Of a stretch of 64,000 bases of DNA, positions 11,129-20,314 are shown in pieces (the stretch's first letter is position 1; each line of letters begins with the position of its first letter). A program made the position numbers and the translations under genes. The notes under the pieces were generated by a model. The model made no database searches, was not told where the DNA came from, and was given only the letters and a program-made list of their open reading frames with translations. Origin of the DNA: Promethearchaeota archaeon (GTDB taxonomy: Archaea; Asgardarchaeota; Lokiarchaeia; Sigyniarchaeales; SOKP01); NCBI GenBank assembly GCA_019057795.1, contig JAHLWS010000078.1, positions 138,857-202,856 on the forward strand, in the 5' to 3' direction.

Positions 11129-12235
11129 TCAAATCCAATTCAAAATAATTGTATAATAATCGAAATTAAAAAAAAACCTAATAAACAAATAGATAAGGCT
11201 ACTTCCAATAGGGATCAATAAATTATCGGATATATCAATTGGCTTATTAGTGAAAATATCAAAAAGTAAGAATGCAAAGGTAAAAATAACCGCCCAAGGA
11301 ATACCAATAAAAAAGAAGCATATTATAAAACAGGCAATAATTCCTGCTATTGAGCCTTCCCAAGATTTTTCTTTATTCCATCTAATTTTATTTTTCCCAA
11401 ATCTTATACCGATTTGACTCGTTGCTAAATCCGCTATAGAACTTATTCCTAAAATCGTTAAAAAAACCATAGGTGGAGTAATTAAGGCAGCAACCATCTG
11501 TCCTATTGCAAAATAGAGATAAGTACCATAACCCTTTTTCTCTTCTTCACTGAGTAAAATATTGCTGAGAAAGTTAAAGGGAAAAGCAAAGAATCTAACT
11601 TTTCGAGTTAGTTCGTTTGCTAATATGATAAAGCAAAAACCATAGAAAAAGAAAAATATAAGATAATAAAACCAACCTAAAGAAAATAAAACCTCACTAA
11701 TACTATTTGGCTCAAATAATATTTGTATGAACAAACTAAACATATTATTATCATCCGGAATCATCCCACTAATCGAACCAGAAAGGTTCATTACAAAACC
11801 AACGCCTAAATACCATACCACAAACAAACCTACAAAAATTAAAACATGAGGGATTTTTCTGTATGTATCTCCCCTAAGTTTACTTCTATTACTTGTTTTT
11901 TCCTCTAACGAATTCCAAAATTTTGATAAATCTTTGTTTTTAAAAACAAGCTTAAACAAAAATAAAATACCAGTCGATATAAAAACTATCGCACCAATTA
12001 TAAGCAAGGGGAGCCCTAACGCAAGAGAGAAAATTGGTAATGTGTCAGAATAAAGCGTTGTGTCTTGAAGCATTAGTAATTCTATAATTATAATAATAAT
12101 AAAAGTCAAAAACAAGGCGCCAAACCCAAAAAAATTGTTAAAAACTTCCTTTTTATACGAAAAATGTATGTAACTAAATAATATGATGATGTAAGAACAT
12201 AAGTTTAATAGAAACCAAAATAAAAATTCTACCAT
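11129..12235 (-). CDS. dolichol/phytol/diacylglycerol kinase family membrane protein (paralogue)
   Basis: RKIPH, IADLATSQIGIRFG, KSWEGSIAG, SDNLLIP motifs. Confidence 0.8.
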   Translation of the reverse strand: MVEFLFWFLLNLCSYIIILFSYIHFSYKKEVFNNFFGFGALFLTFIIIIIIELLMLQDTTLYSDTLPIFSLALGLPLLIIGAIVFISTGILFLFKLVFKNKDLSKFWNSLEEKTSNRSKLRGDTYRKIPHVLIFVGLFVVWYLGVGFVMNLSGSISGMIPDDNNMFSLFIQILFEPNSISEVLFSLGWFYYLIFFFFYGFCFIILANELTRKVRFFAFPFNFLSNILLSEEEKKGYGTYLYFAIGQMVAALITPPMVFLTILGISSIADLATSQIGIRFGKNKIRWNKEKSWEGSIAGIIACFIICFFFIGIPWAVIFTFAFLLFDIFTNKPIDISDNLLIPIGSSLIYLFIRFFFNFDYYTIILNWI

Positions 12236-12319
12236 ATTTAGTTCAAATTTAATTAATTAATTCCTAATATTAAATATAGGGGTTTTATTCTTTAATTAAG
12301 GTTATTTACATCAGTAAAA

Positions 12320-12922
12320 ATGAAAAAAATTATACTCGCATCAAAGTCTATCGATCGAAAAAAAACATTCAACCGTTTAAACATTCCGTTTGAAACTATA
12401 ATTACGGATATAGACGAAGGATATTACAAAGGAATATTTTCAAATCCAGTTGAATTAGTTAAAGAAATAGCTAAAGCCAAGGCGTTAAAAGCTAAAGATT
12501 TGTTAAAAAATAAAAATATGGAAGCGATAATAATTGCTGCTGATACAATTGTGGAATTTAAAGGTAAAATCATAGGAAAAGCGAAAAATAAAGCTCAAGC
12601 ATTTCAAATATTGAAATCCTTAATTAATCGCTCTCATAACCTAATTACAGGCGTGGCAATAACGGAGTTAAACGACCCAAAAGTCGTGGTTGATTACGAT
12701 TGTACTATTGTTACTTTTTTAGATATTTCTGATAATGAAATTCGGAATTACCTTAATACCGAGGAATGGAAAGGTAGAGCGGGCGCATATTCAATTAGAG
12801 ATAGAGCAAGTTTATTTATCAAGGAAATTCGAGGATCCCCCTCAAATGTTATTGGTTTACCAATGCAAAAAATATTTGAAATTTTAAAAAAAGATTTTGG
12901 CTTGAATTTATTTGATACTTAG
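12320..12922 (+). CDS. maf: Maf-like nucleoside triphosphate pyrophosphatase
   Basis: IILASKS, IAADTIV, GKAK, RAGAYSI, NVIGLP. Confidence 0.9.
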   Translation: MKKIILASKSIDRKKTFNRLNIPFETIITDIDEGYYKGIFSNPVELVKEIAKAKALKAKDLLKNKNMEAIIIAADTIVEFKGKIIGKAKNKAQAFQILKSLINRSHNLITGVAITELNDPKVVVDYDCTIVTFLDISDNEIRNYLNTEEWKGRAGAYSIRDRASLFIKEIRGSPSNVIGLPMQKIFEILKKDFGLNLFDT

Positions 12923-12959
12923 TTAAATTCGGGATAGATATAATAAAAAGATATATTTC

Positions 12960-13130
12960 TTAATTTTCTGAAATTTCTTTCCACATTTTTAAATTTTCAT
13001 AGAATTTTAACATTCTCTTAAGTCTACTAATCATTTCTTCATAGTAATCAAGATCAGCGTACTGATTTTTAACCAATTTATTGGCTAAAGCTAAATTGTT
13101 TTTATATTGTAGTATTTTATCCTCAATCAC
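12960..13130 (-). CDS. small hypothetical protein (56 aa)
   Basis: Hand translation from GTG: MIEDKILQYKNNLALANKLVKNQYADLDYYEEMISRLKRMLKFYENLKMWKEISEN*, preceded by AAGGT. Confidence 0.55.
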   Translation of the reverse strand: MIEDKILQYKNNLALANKLVKNQYADLDYYEEMISRLKRMLKFYENLKMWKEISEN

Positions 13131-13333
13131 ATACCTTTTTCGAATGGCTTTTTATTTAAAATAAAAAAATATCTGTATATTATCACGGTAGTTTTGAATC
13201 TAAAAAAATAATGAATAAATATCAAAAATCTACCTTAAATTAACATAATTGATATTTCTGAAATGAAAATATTAAATGCTTTTATAGATTAATTTCTTTA
13301 TAAAAAAATTACTACTTTAAAAAATGATGTAAA

Positions 13334-13678
13334 ATGACTAAACACTACAAAAATGAACAAATAATGAAAATTTTAACGGTACTAGGAGCAATAGTAGGAC
13401 TGGTATATATTATTAATGGTTTTGCTGGCTTAGCTGGAATGAGTTTTTTACCCATCATAGTCGACATTCAGCTTCTAGATAGAATAATCAGTTTAATTAT
13501 TGGACTCGTAATTGTTATTTTAACATTTCTAGTAGCTTTAAAACCAAATCAACCACTTCCGTTTCATTGGCTTGTATTAATAATCCTTGCGATATTGCTG
13601 GTGCTTTTTAGTGCGGGAATTTGGGCTTGTGTACTTGTAATAATCGCGGCACTAATTGGTTTAATTGAAGAATTATAA
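13334..13678 (+). CDS. small membrane protein
   Basis: 114 aa, almost entirely hydrophobic helices. Confidence 0.7.
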   Translation: MTKHYKNEQIMKILTVLGAIVGLVYIINGFAGLAGMSFLPIIVDIQLLDRIISLIIGLVIVILTFLVALKPNQPLPFHWLVLIILAILLVLFSAGIWACVLVIIAALIGLIEEL

Positions 13679-13725
13679 TTTTTTATTTTTTAAAATCAAT
13701 TTTTTTTTGATTTACTACATGTAGG

Positions 13726-14595
13726 CTAGATACATGCATTTTTTAGGAAATACGATACGATTTCTTCTGCAAGGTTGATATCCGTTACTTTTTGCAGGGC
13801 GGTGAACCCTGGAATTGAATTTACTTCCAAAATTAATAAACCCTTTTCGCTTTCAACGATATCAACACCAGCAATTTCTGTTTTTGTAATTTTTGCTGCT
13901 TTTATTGCTAGCGTTTTTAACTCTTCTGTGAGTTCTAATGGCTCCATTCTTGCGCCTGCATGAATATTAGTTTTCCAATTATCACTTACTCTATACATTC
14001 CAGCTATAGCTTTATCACCTAAAACTAAAATTCGGATATCTCGATTGTAATGTTCGATAAATTCTTGAATATAAAATACCTGGTTTAGTTGACTTAGAGT
14101 AAATATAACATTCTCTGCAAAGCCTTTATCGTTTATTCTGGTAATTCCAACGCCTTTCGAACCATATAACGGTTTTAGTACGATATCTCCTCCAAACGCC
14201 TCAAATGCCTCTATGGCATCGTTGGGATTTTCGCAAATAATCGTTTTTGGAGTAGGGATGTTATGCCGATCTAAATAAATTGATGTTAAAAACTTATCAC
14301 TAGCTATTTCTAGTGATTCTCGAGAGTTTATTAATTTAAGACCATATTCCTCCATAGCGTTTAGTAGATCAAGCCTAAAAAAGATCTTTTGAGTAGCAGC
14401 AGCTCCAAAACCTCTTACAAGAGCGCCATATGGATCGAGCTTTTCAAATTGTTCTTGAAATTGCTTATTGTCTATTTTAACTTTTACTTTTGATGGAACG
14501 AAATATTTAACCTTATATCCTCTTTTTTCAAATTCTTTAGATAAAATTTGAACTTCAGGATCTTCCGGCTTTGGAGTAATTATCATGGAATACAC
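13726..14595 (-). CDS. RimK-family ATP-grasp ligase
   Basis: DKFLT, PTPKT, LKPLYGSKGVG, YIQEFI, DIRILV, GVDIV, LEVNSIPG. Confidence 0.9.
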   Translation of the reverse strand: MYSMIITPKPEDPEVQILSKEFEKRGYKVKYFVPSKVKVKIDNKQFQEQFEKLDPYGALVRGFGAAATQKIFFRLDLLNAMEEYGLKLINSRESLEIASDKFLTSIYLDRHNIPTPKTIICENPNDAIEAFEAFGGDIVLKPLYGSKGVGITRINDKGFAENVIFTLSQLNQVFYIQEFIEHYNRDIRILVLGDKAIAGMYRVSDNWKTNIHAGARMEPLELTEELKTLAIKAAKITKTEIAGVDIVESEKGLLILEVNSIPGFTALQKVTDINLAEEIVSYFLKNACI

Positions 14596-14669
14596 ATTTT
14601 ATTACCTCTTAAAAAATTACTTAAATCAACTGACACTAAATAAATAAATTTAAGTTCTTATATATATAT

Positions 14670-15272
14670 ATGAAGTCAATGGATTCGAAAGACGCAGAAA
14701 ACGAAACGGAAAAATTAACAAAAGTACTTTCTATTGTTCAAAATCTTTACTATAAGAAGAAGGAACAATTAGACGATTTAAAATTAGAAATCTCTGAATT
14801 ACACATCGTTTTAGATTATTTAAACTCATTGATTTCAAAGCAATCGTTTTCAAGTGCAGATGAAATTTATTCGAAGCTTTTAAATCGTGAAGAGAAAACG
14901 ATTGATGATTATTTTAAAAAAGATATTTCACAGGAAGATTTTAATGGAACTAACATTAAAAGAAAAATTTTCTCGAGCAAAAATCAGAATGAAGAAGATT
15001 TATTATGTGTGCTTAACCTCTACGACTTTAAAAGAGTTGAGATAAAATTTATTGATCCTGAAAAAAGGGAGATACAAGAAACTTCAGAGAATTTTATTAA
15101 CATTTTTCTCAAGGGGGCACTTATTAAAATAAAAGAAAATAACCCTAATTTGAGCATTAATTACAATTTTTTCAAAAATTCCGATAAAGTTGAATATATT
15201 CACATATCTAATTTAAGTTCAATTGAAGACTATGATTTGATAACGGACAAAATCCGCGAATTATTATATTAA
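14670..15272 (+). CDS. hypothetical protein (host gene of cassette 1)
   Basis: 200-aa ORF; its last ~26 codons recur in diverged form at 18466-18561. Confidence 0.75.
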   Translation: MKSMDSKDAENETEKLTKVLSIVQNLYYKKKEQLDDLKLEISELHIVLDYLNSLISKQSFSSADEIYSKLLNREEKTIDDYFKKDISQEDFNGTNIKRKIFSSKNQNEEDLLCVLNLYDFKRVEIKFIDPEKREIQETSENFINIFLKGALIKIKENNPNLSINYNFFKNSDKVEYIHISNLSSIEDYDLITDKIRELLY

Positions 15273-15315
15273 GATATTATATTGATTAATTAAAATACAA
15301 AGAATTAATTATACA
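15262..15315 (+). repeat. direct repeat, left copy (matches 18604-18654 and 18664-18698)
   Basis: 15262-15312 equals 18604-18654 with 2 mismatches in 51 bp; 15281-15315 (ATTGATTAATTAAAATACAAAGAATTAATTATACA) is identical to 18664-18698. Confidence 0.9.
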
Positions 15316-15340
15316 AATTTTCATCATTGAATCTTTTTTT

Positions 15341-15398
15341 TTTGTTCTTTATAAATAACTGTGATAATTGTCTAGTAAATAATTTAAAACAATAAATT
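15341..15398 (+). promoter_or_regulatory. conserved cassette leader/promoter (TATA-like box + CTxTxATAATT + TAGTAAA + AATAAATT-ATG)
   Basis: Same blocks lie upstream of all three ~203-aa ORFs (also 48634-48691 and reverse strand 34721-34772). Confidence 0.7.
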
Positions 15399-16013
15399 AT
15401 GACGGACAATATTGAAGAACATTATATTGAATCAGAATATGAAGAAATTTTTAATGATTGGTATGAAATTGAGGGCGCAAGAAAAATAAAAGAACTTTCA
15501 CGCCAACTCCGAACTTTTTTCAATTACAAGACAGAATTAATAAGATATCGATTTCGATCCAGTCCAAATCTTGCCGAAAATTATACAAATAATAAATTTT
15601 TTGCTCAAAAACAAAAGATTGAATCATTATCTGATGAATTTATAACCCTTTTAAAAAAAATTAAGAAACATAGACAATCCCTTGAACAAGTAATTCGTTC
15701 TCTATTTTTTAATAATAATAAAACAGTATTAAACAAACTTTCAGAAATCACAGAGAAGTTGTCCATTCTACTCCACTATTTCTCAGAGGAATGCATTCAT
15801 GATCATCCAAGATTCCTCAAATTCATCGTTGTATTAGCACAAAACATTTGTTTGGTGAAAATGTGCTTGTATGCTGAATTCAGCGAATTTTATGGGGAAC
15901 TTGAAGTTAACTACAATGGTTTAAATGGAGAAATGGAGATAATATTAGAAGAAACGCTAGGAGATAAAATTAAAAAAACAAAAAATCAACTTGAGGAGAG
16001 ATTGAGGATATGA
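15399..16013 (+). CDS. cassette ORF A (conserved ~203-aa helical protein, unknown function)
   Basis: IFNDWYEIEG.RKIKELSRQLRTFFNY shared with 34112-34720 and 48692-49303; ATGA overlap with next gene. Confidence 0.85.
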   Translation: MTDNIEEHYIESEYEEIFNDWYEIEGARKIKELSRQLRTFFNYKTELIRYRFRSSPNLAENYTNNKFFAQKQKIESLSDEFITLLKKIKKHRQSLEQVIRSLFFNNNKTVLNKLSEITEKLSILLHYFSEECIHDHPRFLKFIVVLAQNICLVKMCLYAEFSEFYGELEVNYNGLNGEMEIILEETLGDKIKKTKNQLEERLRI

Positions 16014-18427
16014 AGGCATACACAAATGTATCACGGAAAACAGTGGAAGAGGATCGAGTAGCAGTCTGCCCAAATTTTGGGTGTGAGTTTATGACACGAG
16101 TTAAACCACTTAAGTTAAAGTTCTTAGGTTTTAGTAAGCATCCTAAATGCAAGAAACATCACATCCCTTTAGTTTACATAGATGAAAGGATCGGGGATTT
16201 CGTGGATGCTGCATTAGTATGCTTGTTTGATAAAGCAGGACTCCCACCACGTGAATTACTCGAGGGAGTAAAATCAAAATTCCCCAATGAAATTACCTCG
16301 TTTATAGAAGGATGGGTGTATAGCATCACGGTTGGAAGGGGAGCTCCCATTGTATCACGTTACATGGATGCCGTTTCGAATGCATATCTCAAGCAATTAA
16401 CCAAAAAACAGATAAAATCATTGAAAAAAGGAAATAATTCAAAACCAAATCTCGTGAAAAAAGCAATTAAGGATGGTCTGGATGAAATTGCACTTCAATA
16501 TACAAGACTACTTAAGCATCTTAGAGCCCATTCCGAGATCCTCATTGATCATCAAAGACTTAAATCACTTTCAAGAAGTCTCCAAAATTATTTGAATGAT
16601 TGGCATAAGGATATTTTAAAGTATAATGAAATCATAATTTTCTCAGAAAATAAGCAAGAAATGACTTTAAAAGATATCAAGTGCAAATATGATCAAATTC
16701 TTAATGTTGGCACCTGTCGATGCCTTCTTGGATTAAATCCAGAAAGTAAAAAAATTAAGAAAACAAAATTAACTGCGTTTGATCGGTTTTCCGCTTATAT
16801 AGAATTTTTTTCTGAAAGTATTACTGAAAAATTTACTAAGTCCGATATTAAAGGACTTAACTCAGATATTAATCCAATTAAAAAGTCAATAAAAAAAATG
16901 AAATCGTACGATAATTTTGAAAGTGGTAATAGTCAAAAGATTAAGGAATATTTAAAAAATCTTGATTGGGAGAATTTAACTAACAATTGGACATTATTAC
17001 ATAGAGAACATCATACACATCCTTACAAGGAAATTCTGCTTGATCCTCATAAAGATCCTTCCAATGAAAATCCTTTATGGAAACACGAAATTTGGTTGAA
17101 GCGAGTTTATGCTGATGAAAATTATAATTTTTCAGATAGTCTTATTTCTCGAATCACTGGTATTGCTCGCGACACAGTCAGAAAATACCGTAGGAAATTT
17201 AATATTAGCAATGGCTACTACAACACGACTCAAAAACCAAAACTTAGTAAAGAATTGATTGAGAAAAGGGAGAAAATTCGCAATTTTAATTGGAACATTA
17301 ATATTGATTGGATGATACCCGTCGGGATTCATGGAGATTTGTCAATTCTTAACCCAAACAAATATTGTAGTTTTGATAATCCTTTATACAAGCATAAGCT
17401 ATGGTTAAAAAGAGTCTACGAAGATGAAGAGCTTGATTTGAATGGAGTTGAGATTGCCAAAATATGCAGTCTTAAAGATCAGAAACCTATTAGTTATTGG
17501 AGAAAAAGATTAGGGATACCTAAAAAAAGAAAAGGTATTTTTCTAAATAAGTCAGGACATAAGTTGGTTCTCACTCCAAATTCCTATATACACCCTCAGC
17601 GTGGTAGACTCTATCAACGTGCTGAACATACACTAATCATGGAAAGATATTTAAATAAAAATCTATCAAGACGCCAATTAGCAACACATCCGGATTTGAT
17701 TCAGGGATGGTTAGGAGAAGAGGAGTATTTTTATATAAAAAAAGATTGTCATGTTCACCATATCAATTTTGTAGGTTTAGATAATAGAATCGAGAATCTT
17801 TGGTTATTTTCAAGTAATCGCGCACATGGATTAGTGGTTAATGAGCTACATCAATGCCTTTCAATTTTGATTAAGTTACATCAAATATTTTTTAAAGAGG
17901 GCATGTATTTTCTAAATGAAGATTTTGATTGTCTTCAGTTAGAAAGAGATGATATTCGGAGTAAGTTAAATCTTAATATTGTAATAAACCACTCTCTCTC
18001 TCGATTTTATGATAAGCGAAGAAATTCTTTTAGTGTAGCGATGTCTGCCTCCTATAACAATCCCTTTATTTCTCCAAAAAAAGGAATTGATTATGTTTAT
18101 ATGTATGAACATAGATATATCATCGAGCAATATTTTAGGACGCTTTTAAGAAAAGAGACTATATTACTAGAGGAGCACATTGATTATCAAAAAGCTCAAG
18201 AATTCATAAATCCACAAGGGTTTTTAAAACCCGATGCTATCGTGCACCATGTAAATTTCGATTCTCGAGATAATCGGTTATTAAATTTATATGTGTGTGA
18301 AATTTCTGAACATAGGCTTGTTCATGGATTAATTTACCAATTAGTCGAAAGATTACTTGATATGGGATTGATATATTTCAGTAATGGGAAATATTTTTTG
18401 GATAACACTTTGACTAATAAAATGTGA
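16010..18427 (+). CDS. cassette ORF B: conserved 280-aa N-domain + two HTH-like repeats + two HNH nuclease domains
   Basis: MKAYTNVSRKTV...CPNFGC...CKKHH N-domain; HVHHINFVGLDNRIENL and IVHHVNFDSRDNRLLNL HNH motifs, each preceded by EH.L/Y.IxE. Confidence 0.85.
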   Translation: MKAYTNVSRKTVEEDRVAVCPNFGCEFMTRVKPLKLKFLGFSKHPKCKKHHIPLVYIDERIGDFVDAALVCLFDKAGLPPRELLEGVKSKFPNEITSFIEGWVYSITVGRGAPIVSRYMDAVSNAYLKQLTKKQIKSLKKGNNSKPNLVKKAIKDGLDEIALQYTRLLKHLRAHSEILIDHQRLKSLSRSLQNYLNDWHKDILKYNEIIIFSENKQEMTLKDIKCKYDQILNVGTCRCLLGLNPESKKIKKTKLTAFDRFSAYIEFFSESITEKFTKSDIKGLNSDINPIKKSIKKMKSYDNFESGNSQKIKEYLKNLDWENLTNNWTLLHREHHTHPYKEILLDPHKDPSNENPLWKHEIWLKRVYADENYNFSDSLISRITGIARDTVRKYRRKFNISNGYYNTTQKPKLSKELIEKREKIRNFNWNINIDWMIPVGIHGDLSILNPNKYCSFDNPLYKHKLWLKRVYEDEELDLNGVEIAKICSLKDQKPISYWRKRLGIPKKRKGIFLNKSGHKLVLTPNSYIHPQRGRLYQRAEHTLIMERYLNKNLSRRQLATHPDLIQGWLGEEEYFYIKKDCHVHHINFVGLDNRIENLWLFSSNRAHGLVVNELHQCLSILIKLHQIFFKEGMYFLNEDFDCLQLERDDIRSKLNLNIVINHSLSRFYDKRRNSFSVAMSASYNNPFISPKKGIDYVYMYEHRYIIEQYFRTLLRKETILLEEHIDYQKAQEFINPQGFLKPDAIVHHVNFDSRDNRLLNLYVCEISEHRLVHGLIYQLVERLLDMGLIYFSNGKYFLDNTLTNKM

Positions 18428-18465
18428 TTTCTTATTTCTATCATCACATTGGATTAATATTTTAA

Positions 18466-18561
18466 TTAATCGAATACAATACTATTTCTAATTTAAGCGC
18501 TATCGAAGATTACGATTTAATAACCGCATAAATACGAGAATTATTAACTCGTGAGATGTAA
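18466..18561 (+). pseudogene. orphan diverged 3' end of the 14670-15272 gene
   Basis: LIEYNTISNLSAIEDYDLITA*IRELLTREM* vs KVEYIHISNLSSIEDYDLITDKIRELLY* (20/26 identical); no start, one in-frame stop. Confidence 0.85.
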
Positions 18562-18603
18562 TCCATCTATAAAATGCGGATTAGATAAAGTTTGAATAGT
18601 ATG

Positions 18604-18698
18604 TATTATATAAAGATATTATATTGATTCATTAAAATACAAAGAATTAATTATTTAAATTTAATTGATTAATTAAAATACAAAGAATTAATTATACA
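18604..18698 (+). repeat. direct repeats, right copies (tandem), including TTATATAAA TATA-like box upstream of 18743
   Basis: See 15262-15315. Confidence 0.85.
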
Positions 18699-18742
18699 GA
18701 GTTTTATATTATTTTTAATTAAAAATTTGGAGCGTATGAACA

Positions 18743-19558
18743 ATGGCTAAGAAGAAAAAATTTTTGATGATGCCTGTAATTCATTCAAAGTTTAACGATA
18801 AAACTCTCGAGAATATACTAATCAATAAATCGAGAACTCTCTTAACAGAAAAGAAGGGTGCTGTCCCCTCGTTTATTTTTCTTTCTGGAAGTTTTTTTGA
18901 TGTAAAAGGTTTTGTATACACGGGGCTTCGAGCATGGAAGGGTGCAGTAAAACCATCAAATAGCGATGAAGGTAGAAGGCCATTACTTGAAGCTACTTTC
19001 GCTTCTCTTTCAGTTTATCTAAGTTCATTACTTGCTCTACAAGCAGATTTTTACTTCGCTTACGAAGAGATCAAAGACATATTATTAGAAAAGAAAAGGG
19101 AAGATCTATGGACTATTGTATCAGAAAAATTACCATTTATTTCACTCCCTCCAAAAGAAATGTATGGAAGCCAAGTTTCGCCAATATCTCCATACTTTGT
19201 AATCGAACAAGATGATGAACTCATATTAGGGGAGATATATCCATCGGCTTATTTAACAAAAGTTATCTCTTCTATTAAGACCAGATTTTTCGTGTTTTTC
19301 CAGTATCAAGGATATTCCGCTTTTGGATTTTTCGATTCTTTACCTAAACATGCTAAGTTTGGTTTTGAGGAAAAAGCGAGAGAGTTTGAAGAAGAACCTA
19401 CATCAGAAAACCTACAAAAGTATGCTAATAATGCTAAAAATTTAAAAGAAGTTCTAATCGCGCTCATCGAAGCGCATAATAATGCGTATTTAGGACAGTA
19501 TTTAATTGAGGATTACGAACTCCTATTAAATAAACTACTAGAATCGGAGGACCTATAA
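18743..19558 (+). CDS. hypothetical protein, probably co-transcribed with small GTPase
   Basis: 271-aa ORF ending 1 nt before the GTPase start. Confidence 0.75.
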   Translation: MAKKKKFLMMPVIHSKFNDKTLENILINKSRTLLTEKKGAVPSFIFLSGSFFDVKGFVYTGLRAWKGAVKPSNSDEGRRPLLEATFASLSVYLSSLLALQADFYFAYEEIKDILLEKKREDLWTIVSEKLPFISLPPKEMYGSQVSPISPYFVIEQDDELILGEIYPSAYLTKVISSIKTRFFVFFQYQGYSAFGFFDSLPKHAKFGFEEKAREFEEEPTSENLQKYANNAKNLKEVLIALIEAHNNAYLGQYLIEDYELLLNKLLESEDL

Positions 19559-19559
19559 A

Positions 19560-20192
19560 ATGGTGAATATTGGGCTTTTGGGTGATATCTCTGTCGGAAA
19601 AACTAGTATTCTCCGTTTATTCGTAAGATATTTAAAAGTTGGTGACATAGAAAAAGTTAAGGGGGGACAAAAATGTACAGTAATAAAAGCAGATTTTTCA
19701 GGAGAGGCAACAGTGCCGGGAGGAGATAAAGAAGATAAACTTAATCAAAAAGAAACGAAAACAATCCATCCAAATAGGATTGTTTTTAGAGAAGATAAAT
19801 CGGGAAAAGCACATACAATCTTCGCACCAGGAGGAGATCGGAAACGAAGTGTAATTCGAATGGGAATTATAACGATATCCCGAATCGCAACCCAGATAAT
19901 AGCGATCTTTTCGTGCGATAGAGATGTAAAAACTCAATTTGAATTTTTCAACGATGTTCGATTTTTCCCAGATAAAATTAATCTTTGTATAAATAAAGTA
20001 GATTTACTTAAAGGCGATAAAAAGAATAAACTAGAGAAATTGGAAACAGAAATTATAGATTTTTTTAAGACAAGAAAAATACAAATAGTAGAGACCTTTA
20101 TAACATGTGGTGAAAGTGTGGAAGGGTTTGAGGATGTCCAGATTTATAACGACCGCGTCGTAGAGATGATCCTAAGAATTATTACTCAATAA
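19560..20192 (+). CDS. small GTPase (Ras-like superfamily, MglA-like G3)
   Basis: G1 GDISVGKT, G2 Thr in ETKTI, G3 region FAPGG, G4 NKVD, G5 TCG. Confidence 0.85.
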   Translation: MVNIGLLGDISVGKTSILRLFVRYLKVGDIEKVKGGQKCTVIKADFSGEATVPGGDKEDKLNQKETKTIHPNRIVFREDKSGKAHTIFAPGGDRKRSVIRMGIITISRIATQIIAIFSCDRDVKTQFEFFNDVRFFPDKINLCINKVDLLKGDKKNKLEKLETEIIDFFKTRKIQIVETFITCGESVEGFEDVQIYNDRVVEMILRIITQ

Positions 20193-20314
20193 CCAGTTTA
20201 AGTGGCATGGTAGAATCTCTGATCTTTTTCTGGAATTTGCGGGACTCTTCTTCGATTTTTCATTGTTCTCTGATTCTTCTGGAAATGGGGGCTAAAACCC
20301 CGAAATTTTTCTTT

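Larger units (their letters stand above)
15341..18427 (+). mobile_element. putative two-gene nuclease cassette, copy 1
   Basis: Paralogous to copies at 31557-34772 and 48634-52668; flanked by duplicated host-gene 3' end and direct repeats; mobility is inferred. Confidence 0.65.

Noticed and set aside
16500-16540. KHLRAHS as a tyrosine-recombinase HxLRH motif
   Set aside because: Spacing does not match and the other catalytic motifs cannot be identified by eye; needs a structure search
15399-18427. Polymorphic toxin-immunity or toxin-antitoxin reading of the cassettes
   Set aside because: ORF A is conserved while the C-termini vary, there is no downstream variable immunity ORF and no secretion signal; not fully excluded
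15262-18698. CRISPR array or DGR template/variable repeats
   Set aside because: No regular repeat-spacer series, no cas or reverse transcriptase gene, and differences between duplicates are not adenine-specific
20286-20301. GGGG-CTAAAA-CCCC hairpin as element end
   Set aside because: Short stem between convergent genes, not found at the other insertions; could be chance or a terminator
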